From: a virus | Lineage: Duplodnaviria; Caudoviricetes | Virus record (IMG/VR): IMGVR_UViG_2974703886_000001 | Coordinates: 6,374-70,373 of that record | Direction: 5' to 3' (one strand) | Length of the DNA stretch: 64,000 nucleotides | Shown: in pieces, positions 47,527-56,280 of the stretch | How the letters are laid out: the number at the start of each line of letters is the position of its first letter | Numbering within the stretch: position 1 is the stretch's first letter | Translations under genes and position numbers: made by a program | The notes under the pieces: generated by a model | The model's input: the letters and a program-made list of their open reading frames with translations, nothing else | What the model was told of the DNA's origin: nothing | The model's database searches: none

Positions 47527-47823
47527 ATGGCAACGAAGAACTGGGTAGGGCAAGAATTCAAGCCCGGTGACATCGTCTGGCGCGGCGCTCGCGACAACAA
47601 CCTGACTGACTGCAAGCTGGGTGTCGTTCTCGAGGCTGAGAATGGCCGTGTTCAGGTCCACTGGCTGTTCCGCCATGGCGCGTACCGGGTGGGCACCGAC
47701 TGGACCAGCGGAGCGGTGTCGATTGATCAGAAGAGTCGGGTGACCGCCGACGTGGTTGTGAAGCTCGACCCGTCGACCCTGGATTCGACCATCCAGGCTG
47801 TGTTGGAGAACCACGGTTCATGA
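47527..47823 (+). CDS. Hypothetical protein (SH3/KOW-like)
   Basis: FKPGDIV pattern. Confidence 0.6.
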   Translation: MATKNWVGQEFKPGDIVWRGARDNNLTDCKLGVVLEAENGRVQVHWLFRHGAYRVGTDWTSGAVSIDQKSRVTADVVVKLDPSTLDSTIQAVLENHGS

Positions 47824-47999
47824 ACATCTTTGAGGCGCTGAACCAGGTGCCTGAGTGGCAGCGGATTCTGTATCTGGCCTTCAATTTCGCCTTCTACGAG
47901 ATTGGGAAAGCAACCGGCAGATGGATTGGGAAAGCAACCGGCAGATGGCTCTTGAATCGGCCCGCCAGAAAGTGTGGACATGACCAGCCAGAAGCGTAG
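47820..47999 (+). CDS. 59-aa hypothetical protein with internal IGKATGRW duplication
   Basis: ATGA overlap; not in ORF track. Confidence 0.5.
   Translation: MNIFEALNQVPEWQRILYLAFNFAFYEIGKATGRWIGKATGRWLLNRPARKCGHDQPEA
47901..47948 (+). repeat. Perfect 24-bp tandem duplication
   Basis: attgggaaagcaaccggcagatgg x2. Confidence 0.95.
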
Positions 48000-48408
48000 G
48001 GTGCTGATCACCGGCAGCCGGAGATGGGTTGCAAGGACGCCGATCTGGCGTGTTCTGTCCCACGAGCTGGAGACCCATCCCGAGGGCATCATCGTCGTCC
48101 ACGGGGCCTGTCGCGGCACTGACGACATCGCAGACCGTTGGGCCTGGGGCGCGAAGCAGCAGGGTCTGCCGGTGGAGATCGAAGCCCATCCGGCTGAGTG
48201 GGACAAGTACGGCAAGCGGGCCGGTGTGATCCGCAACCACCACATGGTGAGCCTGGGAGCGGACATCTGCCACGCCTTCCCGCTGAAGGGCGGCACCGGC
48301 ACCCGGCATTGCATGGCCAGAGCCATCGCGGCAGGCATCCCGGTCGTGAACCACGGCTACGCGCCACATCTCGCACAGGCCAGGGAATTTGTTGAGGCAT
48401 ACGGATGA
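47980..48408 (+). CDS. DUF2493 / YspA-like SLOG-family protein
   Basis: VLITGSR; VHGAC.G.D; AG..RN..M; GT..C. Confidence 0.8.
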   Translation: MTSQKRRVLITGSRRWVARTPIWRVLSHELETHPEGIIVVHGACRGTDDIADRWAWGAKQQGLPVEIEAHPAEWDKYGKRAGVIRNHHMVSLGADICHAFPLKGGTGTRHCMARAIAAGIPVVNHGYAPHLAQAREFVEAYG

Positions 48409-48644
48409 AGGGAGAGGACGTGGACCGACTCGCGAAGCGTGTCCTGGCGGTTCTGACCGTCGCCTGCGTGTTCTTCGGCGGCATCATTCTGAGCGCCCAG
48501 ATCGCTGAGGCGTCCCCCAAGTTGCCGTCGTTCTGTGAGAACCACGGCGTCGGCACCGGCCAGATCTATAAGGCCGCATGCGCCGAGGGCACCAGCAAGG
48601 ACGGCAAGCGCGGCGACAAGGTGGCGGCGAATGAAGTCTTCTAA
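48405..48644 (+). CDS. Membrane or secreted hypothetical protein
   Basis: N-terminal TM helix. Confidence 0.6.
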   Translation: MKGEDVDRLAKRVLAVLTVACVFFGGIILSAQIAEASPKLPSFCENHGVGTGQIYKAACAEGTSKDGKRGDKVAANEVF

Positions 48645-48873
48645 GGTCGTTGCCGCCGACACCATCTACGTGACCGAGGCGGATCTGAACGCCATCATCA
48701 GCCGGACGCTGGCTGACTACCCGTGGATGAAGGACTACCCCGTCGACTGTCACCAGTCGTGCGCTCGCTGGGAGATCGCAGAAGAGCACGGCGAGGACGC
48801 AGCCAAGGCTTGGGACAACTACGACACGGCCCTGTGGCTCCTGAAGGGGGAGCGCGCCGGAAAGCGGGTCTAG
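48631..48873 (+). CDS. Hypothetical protein
   Basis: Codon bias; overlap-coupled. Confidence 0.55.
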   Translation: MKSSKVVAADTIYVTEADLNAIISRTLADYPWMKDYPVDCHQSCARWEIAEEHGEDAAKAWDNYDTALWLLKGERAGKRV

Positions 48874-49157
48874 TGCGAAATCGCGGGCATCGCAACACAA
48901 ATGAGCGTGGCGGTTCGAAGCAGCGGCGGGCCAGGAAGCAGTGGCTCCTCGACACGTTCGGGGACGGCACCCAGGCCCCCTGCTCCGACTGCGGGGAGTT
49001 GGTCGACTTCCACACGATCTTCGTTGATCGCATCATCCCGGCCCACCTGGGCGGCACATACCGGCGGGACAACATTCGACCTCACTGCCGGACCTGTAGT
49101 TGTCGCCAGGGCCAACGCATGAGACTTGAGCTGAAGAAGGAACTATGTCTGGCGTAG
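48873..49157 (+). CDS. HNH endonuclease-like protein (VDRIIP variant)
   Basis: CSDC...VDRIIP...GGTY...NIRPHC..C. Confidence 0.75.
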   Translation: MRNRGHRNTNERGGSKQRRARKQWLLDTFGDGTQAPCSDCGELVDFHTIFVDRIIPAHLGGTYRRDNIRPHCRTCSCRQGQRMRLELKKELCLA

Positions 49158-50131
49158 ATCGCAAAGCTGCTGTCGCCGAAGCAATGTCGCAGATAGAGAA
49201 AAACTTCGGCAAGGGGTCGGTGATGCGCCTGGGCGACGAGACCCACGTGCCCATCACGGCCATCCCCACCGGCTCCATCGCGCTGGACCACGCTCTCGGC
49301 ATCGGGGGCCTGCCGTCTGGCCGCATCGTGGAGATCTACGGCCCCGAGTCGTCCGGCAAGACGACAGTGGCCCTGCACGCCGTGGCCAACGCCCAGCGGG
49401 AGGGTGGTATCGCTGCGTTCATCGACGCAGAGCACGCCCTGGACCCCGAGTACGCGAGGGCCATCGGTGTCGACGCCGACGAGCTGATAATTGCTCAGCC
49501 GGACACCGGGGAGCAGGGCCTGGAGATCGCCAACACCCTGATCAAGTCCGGCGGCATCAGCATCATCGTCATCGACTCGGTGGCCGCTCTGGTGCCCCGT
49601 GCGGAGATCGAAGGGGACATGGGTGACGCCCACGTTGGCCTGCACGCCCGCCTGATGAGCCAGGCGCTGCGGAAGATGACCGGTGCCCTGCATCAGCACA
49701 ACACGACCGCGATCTTCATCAACCAGCTCCGCGAGAAGATCGGTGTGATGTTCGGCCCCACCGAGACGACGACGGGTGGCCGAGCGCTCCGCTTCTACGC
49801 CTCTGTGCGCCTGGACGTGCGCCGTGTGGAGACGCTGAAGACCGGCGTGGACGCCATCGGCAACCGCACCCGCGTCAAGGTGGTCAAGAACAAGGTGGCC
49901 CCGCCGTTCAAGCAGGCCGAGTTCGACATCGTCTTCGGTGAGGGCATCTCTCGGTACGGCGAGCTTGTCGACCTTGGTGTGCAGACGAAGGTGATCGACA
50001 AGTCTGGTGCTTGGTTCAAGTACAACGGCGAGCAACTGGGCCAGGGTAAGGCGAAAGTCGTTGAGGCTCTGCGGGAGAACGCCGAGCTGGCCGACGAGAT
50101 CGAGGCTCTGATCCGAGCGGAGCTGTGGTGA
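49145..50131 (+). CDS. recA: RecA recombinase
   Basis: [46 protein letters not shown]. Confidence 0.97.
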   Translation: MSGVDRKAAVAEAMSQIEKNFGKGSVMRLGDETHVPITAIPTGSIALDHALGIGGLPSGRIVEIYGPESSGKTTVALHAVANAQREGGIAAFIDAEHALDPEYARAIGVDADELIIAQPDTGEQGLEIANTLIKSGGISIIVIDSVAALVPRAEIEGDMGDAHVGLHARLMSQALRKMTGALHQHNTTAIFINQLREKIGVMFGPTETTTGGRALRFYASVRLDVRRVETLKTGVDAIGNRTRVKVVKNKVAPPFKQAEFDIVFGEGISRYGELVDLGVQTKVIDKSGAWFKYNGEQLGQGKAKVVEALRENAELADEIEALIRAELW

Positions 50132-50292
50132 AACAGCGCTGGGGAGTCAAGTACCCGAGGAGTGGCATCCATGAGTGCCCCTTTGGGATGAGCCAGACAG
50201 AGCAGATCTGGGCCCTGGCATGGATGTACGGCGTCGACGCCGAGGTTGTCACGGACTACGGCGACGGCATCTGGAGGACTATCTGCAAATGA
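50128..50292 (+). CDS. 54-aa hypothetical protein
   Basis: GTGA and ATGA overlaps. Confidence 0.5.
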   Translation: MKQRWGVKYPRSGIHECPFGMSQTEQIWALAWMYGVDAEVVTDYGDGIWRTICK

Positions 50293-50666
50293 GCAAAATC
50301 CTTGTGGTAAGCCACGATCCGCGAACCATCCCGTCCGAGGCGTTGTGGTGGCGCAAGAGGCTGTACCCCTGCCGTGAGTATCCGAACTACTACTATGTCA
50401 TGCGTGCCGACGTGCCCGGTTGGGCGTACTCGGTCGAGTACTTCGACGGGCGCAATGACTGGACCTTCCCGTACAAGGTGAAGGTGAGTGAGAACCTGAA
50501 CATCGACCGCTTCAGGAACCCCGAGGCCCCACGGATTCGTGATTACAAAATCGACATCCTGGACGTGGTCCCGCCACTCTCAGATCCTCTCGGCTACTGG
50601 GAGCCGATCACGCAGCCTGGCGACTTTCAGCACCCGGAAGACACCCTCGTCTGGCTCCAGAGTTAG
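50289..50666 (+). CDS. Hypothetical protein
   Basis: RBS GGAGG. Confidence 0.6.
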   Translation: MSKILVVSHDPRTIPSEALWWRKRLYPCREYPNYYYVMRADVPGWAYSVEYFDGRNDWTFPYKVKVSENLNIDRFRNPEAPRIRDYKIDILDVVPPLSDPLGYWEPITQPGDFQHPEDTLVWLQS

Positions 50667-50691
50667 CACCGGAACCCAGGAGAATATTCAC

Positions 50692-51081
50692 ATGACAGAC
50701 TTGAACTTGCTCGACGGCACAACCGAATTCATGCGCAAGGCCGGACAGAATGTCGACGGCGGCGAGTTCTTCGACCCTGGAGCCAGCCACCTCCGCTGGA
50801 AGCTCCTGGACGAGGAGTTCGCGGAGTATGTTGACGGCGAGATCGACAAAGACCTCGTGAAGACGGTCGACGGTCTGCTGGATGTCATCGTGGTCGCCTG
50901 GGGTAGCCTGCTGGCCTACGTGGGCGAAGAGAAGGCTAAGGCCGCTGCCGCCGAGGTGGTCCGGTCGAACCTGGACAAGGTCAAGGACGGTGTCCGTCGG
51001 CGGGAGGACGGCAAGATCCTCAAACCGGCCAACTGGGAGCCGCCGAAGATCGCCGAGGCGATTGGGATGGACGGCGAATGA
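50692..51081 (+). CDS. MazG-like NTP pyrophosphohydrolase
   Basis: EEFAE...DGLLDV; SNLDK...REDGKILKP. Confidence 0.82.
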   Translation: MTDLNLLDGTTEFMRKAGQNVDGGEFFDPGASHLRWKLLDEEFAEYVDGEIDKDLVKTVDGLLDVIVVAWGSLLAYVGEEKAKAAAAEVVRSNLDKVKDGVRRREDGKILKPANWEPPKIAEAIGMDGE

Positions 51082-51230
51082 TCAAGCTCAAGGTGTTCGG
51101 CGTCGAAGTGGTGACGCTCGAGTTCGAAGTTCCTGACGGCGCAACGGAATTGGCACCGGTCGGCAAGGTGGTCGACAAGGGCGTGAACCGCATCAGCCGT
51201 TTCTGGGTCGACCGCATGCTTGGAAGGTGA
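51078..51230 (+). CDS. 50-aa hypothetical protein
   Basis: ATGA overlap; MIKLKVFGVEVVTL. Confidence 0.55.
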   Translation: MIKLKVFGVEVVTLEFEVPDGATELAPVGKVVDKGVNRISRFWVDRMLGR

Positions 51231-51234
51231 ATCC

Positions 51235-51720
51235 GTGACAGCACTTATCCCGCAGTACGTTCAGAGTGAGCTGTACCTCTTTCGGCCAACGCAGCCGCAG
51301 AATGGTGCCCTCGTTCTTGTCCCGCGCAACGTCGACATCATCACCTTGCAAGACGAACAGGTGAACGTGGGGCAAGAGGTTCGTGGGGTCGCGTTGACCA
51401 AGAACCTCTACAACTTCGTCTACCTGGACGACGAGGACAAGTCGAAGAACACCCAGGAGTTCGCAGAGACGATCATCCACCCACAGTTGCGGGCCGTCTT
51501 CTGTGAGCTGCGGGATGTGGCGCAGTCCCTGATCGCCCAAGTGGCCAACACGGAGCACCGGGGCACACTGTTGACGGTCGCCGAGCCGGTGCCGTTCGGC
51601 ACGGTGGGCGCGATCCTAGAAGTCGACGGGATCTTCTACCGGTGGACCATCACCAAGGACGAGGCGAACAGCGAGGACATCTCACTGGTCGATGTGCTCG
51701 TCGGCACGAAGGTGGACTGA
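51235..51720 (+). CDS. Hypothetical protein
   Basis: RBS AAGGTG. Confidence 0.6.
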   Translation: MTALIPQYVQSELYLFRPTQPQNGALVLVPRNVDIITLQDEQVNVGQEVRGVALTKNLYNFVYLDDEDKSKNTQEFAETIIHPQLRAVFCELRDVAQSLIAQVANTEHRGTLLTVAEPVPFGTVGAILEVDGIFYRWTITKDEANSEDISLVDVLVGTKVD

Positions 51721-51722
51721 CC

Positions 51723-51893
51723 ATGGACCGCTACAAGGTCGTCCGGCAGACGGTCAAGAAAGAGGTCTTCTACGTGCGGGCCTCGTCGTTTGACGAAGCC
51801 GAGGCCATTGCACGGGAGCGGCGCGAGATGGGCGTCCGTGGCCAGCGCTCGAAGACCGTCGAGTGGGAAGCGTATTACTCGCCAGGGGAGTGA
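51723..51893 (+). CDS. 56-aa hypothetical protein
   Basis: V.A.S.DEAE..A pattern. Confidence 0.55.
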   Translation: MDRYKVVRQTVKKEVFYVRASSFDEAEAIARERREMGVRGQRSKTVEWEAYYSPGE

Positions 51894-51898
51894 CATCC

Positions 51899-52552
51899 GT
51901 GTCTGAGATCTGGTTCACGTCGGATCTTCACATCGGTCACCAGAAGGTCGCCGAGTACCGGGCCGAGGTCATGGAGGTCCACTGGAGCTACCACGACGAC
52001 ATCCTGGCCGCGATCTGGGACAAGACGGTCGGCAAGGACGACCACGTGTGGGTGCTGGGTGACATCTCGTCCGGCAGCCCCGTCGGCCAGCGCAACGCCC
52101 TGGAGTGGCTGCAACGCCGCCCAGGGCACAAGCACCTGGTCGCTGGGAACCACGACCGGGTCCACCCGATGTACCGGGACAGCCACCGCTGGTTCCCGCG
52201 CTACATGGAGGCGTTTGAGAGCGTCCAGATGGCCGCACGGCGAAGAATTCCACTGCCCGAGGGTCATGTGCCCGCGTTGCTATCCCACTTCCCCTACGGG
52301 CGCGACAGGGGCGAAATTCAGCGGTATCCGCAGTGGCGTCTGCCGGACATGGGGGAGTGGCTGATCCATGGGCACACGCACGGCACCGAGAGGTTGACTC
52401 TCGGCACCAAGGCTGTTGACGCGGAGGGGCATCCGCCGACCTCATGGCATCACACCCAGGAGATCCACGTCGGCCTGGACGCCTGGGAGTTCACCCCCGT
52501 CCACCTGGACCAGATCTGCGACTTGATCTTGTCCGCCGGACGGCGTACATAA
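51899..52552 (+). CDS. Calcineurin-like metallophosphoesterase
   Basis: SDLH, LGD, GNHD, GHTH. Confidence 0.9.
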   Translation: MSEIWFTSDLHIGHQKVAEYRAEVMEVHWSYHDDILAAIWDKTVGKDDHVWVLGDISSGSPVGQRNALEWLQRRPGHKHLVAGNHDRVHPMYRDSHRWFPRYMEAFESVQMAARRRIPLPEGHVPALLSHFPYGRDRGEIQRYPQWRLPDMGEWLIHGHTHGTERLTLGTKAVDAEGHPPTSWHHTQEIHVGLDAWEFTPVHLDQICDLILSAGRRT

Positions 52553-52554
52553 TT

Positions 52555-52585
52555 TGCTAGCACTCGCCAAATGTGAGTGCCAGCA
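52555..52585. promoter_or_regulatory. Dyad upstream of integrase (operator or att candidate)
   Basis: tgctagcactc-N9-gagtgccagca, 10/11 match. Confidence 0.45.
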
Positions 52586-52668
52586 CACTTTCTACCTGCG
52601 GTTTCATCTGTCCATATACCGGGTACAAAGATAGTCACGAATTGGCTACACTCAGGGGTATGGGAGAG

Positions 52669-54102
52669 ATGGAAGCCACCACCAAAGCCGCTGTGTATCT
52701 GCGGCAGTCCATCGACAGGACTGGCGAGGGCTTAGCTGTCGACCGCCAGCGGGAGGACTGCCTGAAGCTGTGCGAGGACAAGGGATGGGAGCCGGTCGAG
52801 TACGTCGACAACGACGTGTCGGCGAGCACCGGCAAGCCCCGGCCTGCCTACAAGCAGATGCTGGCCGACATCCGGTCTGGTGCCGTCCAGGCCGTCGTCG
52901 CCTGGAACCTGGACCGGCTGCACCGAAGACCGATTGAGTTGGAGGAGTTCATTGAACTCGCCAACAAGCACAAGGTCGCCCTGGCCACCGTCAGCGGGGA
53001 CACCGATCTGTCGACGGATTCAGGCCGGTTTTACGCCCGTATGCTGGGCGTCGTGGCGCGGCACGAGATGGAGCGGAAGTCGGCTCGCCAGAAGGCGGCG
53101 CACCGTCAGCGTGTGAAGCAGGGGAGGCCCTGGTGGTCCGGCCCGCCGCCGTTCGGCTACGAGGCCGACGAGGGGCACGAGAACATCCGGATCAACAAGG
53201 AAGAGGCCAAGCTGATCCGGAAGGCGTACCGGGACGTGCTCAAGGGCGTGGCCATTCACACCATCGCCAAGGAGTGGAATGCCCAGGGCGTCAAGACGCG
53301 TCGGGGTAACGACTGGGCCGGTCCTACTGTCCGGCAGTTCTTGGCCAACCCTCGCAACGCTGGCCTGAAGGTGTACCTGGGCGAGGTTGTCGGCAAGGCT
53401 CCGTGGCCCGCGATCATTGACGAGGCCACCTACAAGTCCTACATGGCCTACGTGAAGGCTCCTGGGCGCGGCCCAGGCAAGCCCCTGGCCCGCAAGCACC
53501 TGCTGTCCGGAATTGCCCGCTGTGGGCGCTGTGGGGGCCGTATGGGCGTGGGTATGACTGGGCGTAAGTACTACGACGAGAACGGCAAGGAGCACCGCGT
53601 CGACACGTACGCGTGCAAGATCTGCTTCAAGGTCAGCCGGGACCGCCGCAAGACCGACGAGGTGGTGCGGGCAGTGATGATCAAGCTGCTGTCTCAGCCG
53701 GACGCCCTGGCCCTGGCTGCACGTCCGGAGCTGCCGAACGTCCAGGAGCTGCTGGAGGAGGCCAATACCATCCGCGACCGGATGGACAACCTGGCCGTCG
53801 AGTTCGCAGATGGTGGCATCACCGCCTCTCAGATGAGGATCGCCAACGAGCGTCTGCAGGACCGCCTGGAAGAGGTCGAGCGGAAGCTCGTGGACGTGAA
53901 CTCACGACGCGTCTTGGATGGCGTGATCGGCGTGAAGGATGTTGCCGCCCGCTGGGATAGTTTGCCGGTGGAGCGTCGTCGCGCCATCGTTGAGACCATC
54001 GCGACGGTGACCATTCAGCCCACGGTTCGCGGTCGCCCGTTTGACCCGTCTCTCATCGAGATCCGTAGGCGCTTCCCAGAAGAGGCCCCGAATGGCCTCT
54101 AG
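52669..54102 (+). CDS. int: Large serine integrase (alternative leaderless start at 52660)
   Basis: YLRQS catalytic Ser; DNDVSAS; RP.Y..ML; LLSGIARCGRC; Y.CKIC. Confidence 0.95.
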   Translation: MEATTKAAVYLRQSIDRTGEGLAVDRQREDCLKLCEDKGWEPVEYVDNDVSASTGKPRPAYKQMLADIRSGAVQAVVAWNLDRLHRRPIELEEFIELANKHKVALATVSGDTDLSTDSGRFYARMLGVVARHEMERKSARQKAAHRQRVKQGRPWWSGPPPFGYEADEGHENIRINKEEAKLIRKAYRDVLKGVAIHTIAKEWNAQGVKTRRGNDWAGPTVRQFLANPRNAGLKVYLGEVVGKAPWPAIIDEATYKSYMAYVKAPGRGPGKPLARKHLLSGIARCGRCGGRMGVGMTGRKYYDENGKEHRVDTYACKICFKVSRDRRKTDEVVRAVMIKLLSQPDALALAARPELPNVQELLEEANTIRDRMDNLAVEFADGGITASQMRIANERLQDRLEEVERKLVDVNSRRVLDGVIGVKDVAARWDSLPVERRRAIVETIATVTIQPTVRGRPFDPSLIEIRRRFPEEAPNGL

Positions 54103-54171
54103 CTCGCGGGGGCCGAGGGTGCCGAACTCGCTGACAACCTTCTCGGCGTATTCATCGAGAGATATTGCCAT
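53902..54171 (-). CDS. Small convergent ORF overlapping the integrase 3' end (candidate RDF or regulator)
   Basis: TGG-CAAACT 7 nt before the ATG (leaderless-like); helical N-terminus. Confidence 0.45.
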   Translation of the reverse strand: MAISLDEYAEKVVSEFGTLGPRELEAIRGLFWEAPTDLDERRVKRATANRGLNGHRRDGLNDGATTLHRQTIPAGGNILHADHAIQDAS

Positions 54172-54242
54172 GTGTGAAAGTTTGCCAGGTTCCGGTGGTA
54201 ACGTGTGGCAAACCCTGTAGCATGGCTAAGCATTTGGGCATA

Positions 54243-54283
54243 AGAAAAGGGGCACAGCCGATTTGGCTGGCCCCTTCTCTTTT
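54243..54283. terminator. Bidirectional terminator ending the leftward operon
   Basis: aaggggc..cagcc/ggctg..gcccctt with flanking A/T tracts. Confidence 0.75.
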
Positions 54284-54293
54284 GGGTGGGTGG

Positions 54294-54581
54294 CTACCGG
54301 TTCTTGACGGCCATCGCCAGGGCGACAACCCAGCCGACGAATGTCCAGCCCAGCAGCAGATTTATAACCACTACCGGGCCGAGCAGGTGGGACTGCCTGG
54401 CCTGGGCGATGAAGGTCGGCACCAGGTAGGTCGCGACCCCCAGGCCCAGGATCGCCAGGCCGGGGTACTGGTGGGTGAGCACCGCTCCGATCAGGACGGC
54501 GAGCACGACCGCCAGTGTGAGTGCCAGCCGGGTGTTGCGGCTGTGCTTGGGACGCTGCGGGTAGTACGGGTAGTTGGTCAT
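54294..54581 (-). CDS. T4 Imm-like superinfection immunity membrane protein
   Basis: YLVPTFIAQAR...INLLLGWTFVGWVVAL matches the Imm_superinfect pattern. Confidence 0.8.
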   Translation of the reverse strand: MTNYPYYPQRPKHSRNTRLALTLAVVLAVLIGAVLTHQYPGLAILGLGVATYLVPTFIAQARQSHLLGPVVVINLLLGWTFVGWVVALAMAVKNR

Positions 54582-54787
54582 CTCTCTCCTTCGTATTCGA
54601 ATCGTGGACGTTTGGGGCGGGGTGCCGAGGTGAAGTGGACCCCGCCACAACAGCAGCGGTAGGGCGACTCGACCTTGCGTTTGGTCTTGCCCTTCTTGTT
54701 GCGGCGCAACATGTCCTGTCGCACCGACAGGGCCTCGCCCATGTTGCGGAACGTGCGCTTGTACGGCGTCGGACACTCGCGTCTCAT
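54578..54787 (-). CDS. Small basic Cys/His protein
   Basis: PYRC.C...HFT; ATGA overlaps. Confidence 0.6.
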   Translation of the reverse strand: MRRECPTPYKRTFRNMGEALSVRQDMLRRNKKGKTKRKVESPYRCCCGGVHFTSAPRPKRPRFEYEGER

Positions 54788-55086
54788 GCGGCCTCAGCCT
54801 CCTTGGCCCGCTTTCGTTCGGCGGCGATGTTCTTCGCCGTCCGGTTGATGCGGTGGACGCGCCGGATCTTCTCGGGGTAGAAGGTTCGGAAGGTCTCGTA
54901 GCCGAATGGCCCGCCGACGAAGGTCAGGTTCAGCCTGCCGTCCTTGGTGTACCGGGCGTACTTGAACCGGAACCGGCCACGCTCGCCCTTGATGGACACC
55001 TCAGTGTCGACGGTCAGCAGCTTGCCGTTCACCTCGACCTCCTTGAGGCAGTCGAAGTGAATCTTCTTGCTGCGCTTGACGTTCAT
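54784..55086 (-). CDS. Hypothetical protein
   Basis: GGGAGAGAAC RBS. Confidence 0.7.
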   Translation of the reverse strand: MNVKRSKKIHFDCLKEVEVNGKLLTVDTEVSIKGERGRFRFKYARYTKDGRLNLTFVGGPFGYETFRTFYPEKIRRVHRINRTAKNIAAERKRAKEAEAA

Positions 55087-55152
55087 GTTCTCTCCCTCTC
55101 TGGTGTCGGTGAATTGCGTTGATGCTATGCCGATCTGGTGATCAGTCGGCAT

Positions 55153-55187
55153 GAAGAAGCCCCGGCAGTCCTTGTGACTACCGGGGC
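55153..55187 (-). terminator. Leftward intrinsic terminator
   Basis: gccccgg / ccggggc stem, then CTTCTTC on the minus strand. Confidence 0.55.
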
Positions 55188-55212
55188 GTTGTCCTATTCA
55201 GTTTTCGCAGAG

Positions 55213-55232
55213 CAGTAAATAACCCACTGCCG
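55213..55232 (-). repeat. Conserved 19-mer copy 1 (CGGCAGTGGGTTATTACTG, one extra base)
   Basis: cagtaaataacccactgccg. Confidence 0.9.
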
Positions 55233-55236
55233 GGGG

Positions 55237-55302
55237 CTATCTGGCGACCCCAAGGGCCGCGATCACGAGGCCGAGGGCGGCCCCGAGGGTCATCGCAGTC
55301 AC
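55237..55302 (-). CDS. Putative ~20-aa membrane peptide
   Basis: AAGGAG RBS; MTLGAALGLVIAALGVAR. Confidence 0.35.
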   Translation of the reverse strand: MTAMTLGAALGLVIAALGVAR

Positions 55303-55946
55303 ACCACACTCCTTTCCGCAATTCGTGCGATTTCCTCTACTGGTGGCGCATGCTTCCTCAGCTTGCCTGCCGACGTGCAACGGACCTTGCGCCCGCACAC
55401 GGGGCACACTTCGTAGTCGCCGTCGTAGCGCCAGGGCATCCAGGTGCCGGTGCCTGGGCACTGCGTCGTCGGTCGGCGTCCGTACATGGTCCACTCGACA
55501 GGTACGCCGGGGAAGCATGACCGGCACAGGCGTGGGCCGTGCGCGGCGACCACGTCCTCTGTCGGTCTGCCTGAGAACTCAGCGAGCATGATCAGACGGG
55601 TGTGCTCTCCGATCTTGATGCACTCGCGGGTGCTGTGGATGTGGTTGCTTCGCACCTTGTAGTAGCGAGACCAGCGTCCGTGTGCAGCCCAGCGTCTGTC
55701 GGAGTACCGGATCACACTCTCCCAGTGGGCGATCTCAGTATCGAGGTGAGCCAGCCTGGCAAGCTGGGTCTCGGTGGCACGGCAAAGCGCATCCTCGTCG
55801 GACAGGCTGAGCCGTAGATCCCCTTGCTGGAAGTGAATCCGCCGCATCAGGCTGTCGCGGTCGATCAGGGCGTCATTGCACCGCTCGACCGCCTTCGCCA
55901 ACTCCACGTCGTTCTCCCGGATATCACTGATGGCCATGGCGACCAT
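55299..55946 (-). CDS. Hypothetical Cys-rich protein
   Basis: HIHSTREC, LCRSCF, CPGTG, CPVCG; RBS GGGAGG. Confidence 0.75.
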   Translation of the reverse strand: MVAMAISDIRENDVELAKAVERCNDALIDRDSLMRRIHFQQGDLRLSLSDEDALCRATETQLARLAHLDTEIAHWESVIRYSDRRWAAHGRWSRYYKVRSNHIHSTRECIKIGEHTRLIMLAEFSGRPTEDVVAAHGPRLCRSCFPGVPVEWTMYGRRPTTQCPGTGTWMPWRYDGDYEVCPVCGRKVRCTSAGKLRKHAPPVEEIARIAERSVV

Positions 55947-56280
55947 TCATCCCTCCCTAGTTACATGGTCGCCCGCCGTAACAGACGAGTCTCCACGGGG
56001 AGCGACCGCCCACCCTACCCCTGGTTTGAGGCAGGTCAGACCACAGCGTTTCCGCTGGTCAAGTCCTACTTCTACGGGTCAACAACCCCCGTGATGGGCG
56101 AGAGAGTATCACGTCAAGTCCTGCCGATAAGGAGCAAAGGAGCAAATCCGTTGGTCTATCTATCCACATCAAGATCATGCATCAAGATCTGGATAGATTC
56201 ATCTTGCCGAGAACCCTCTCGCGCTGGTGCCCGTGCCGGGGCCGATGTCCGGTTACGGCTCTAGTTCACGGGCCTGTTGC

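Noticed and set aside
49145-50131. Intein in RecA (as in some mycobacteria) or in DnaB
   Set aside because: Both ORFs are normal length with contiguous motifs and no C/S...HN-C/S/T splice junctions.
932-54102. IS/transposon or mycobacteriophage mobile element insertion
   Set aside because: No transposase motif or terminal inverted repeat with target duplication seen; the serine recombinase has integrase-type recombinase and zinc-ribbon domains.
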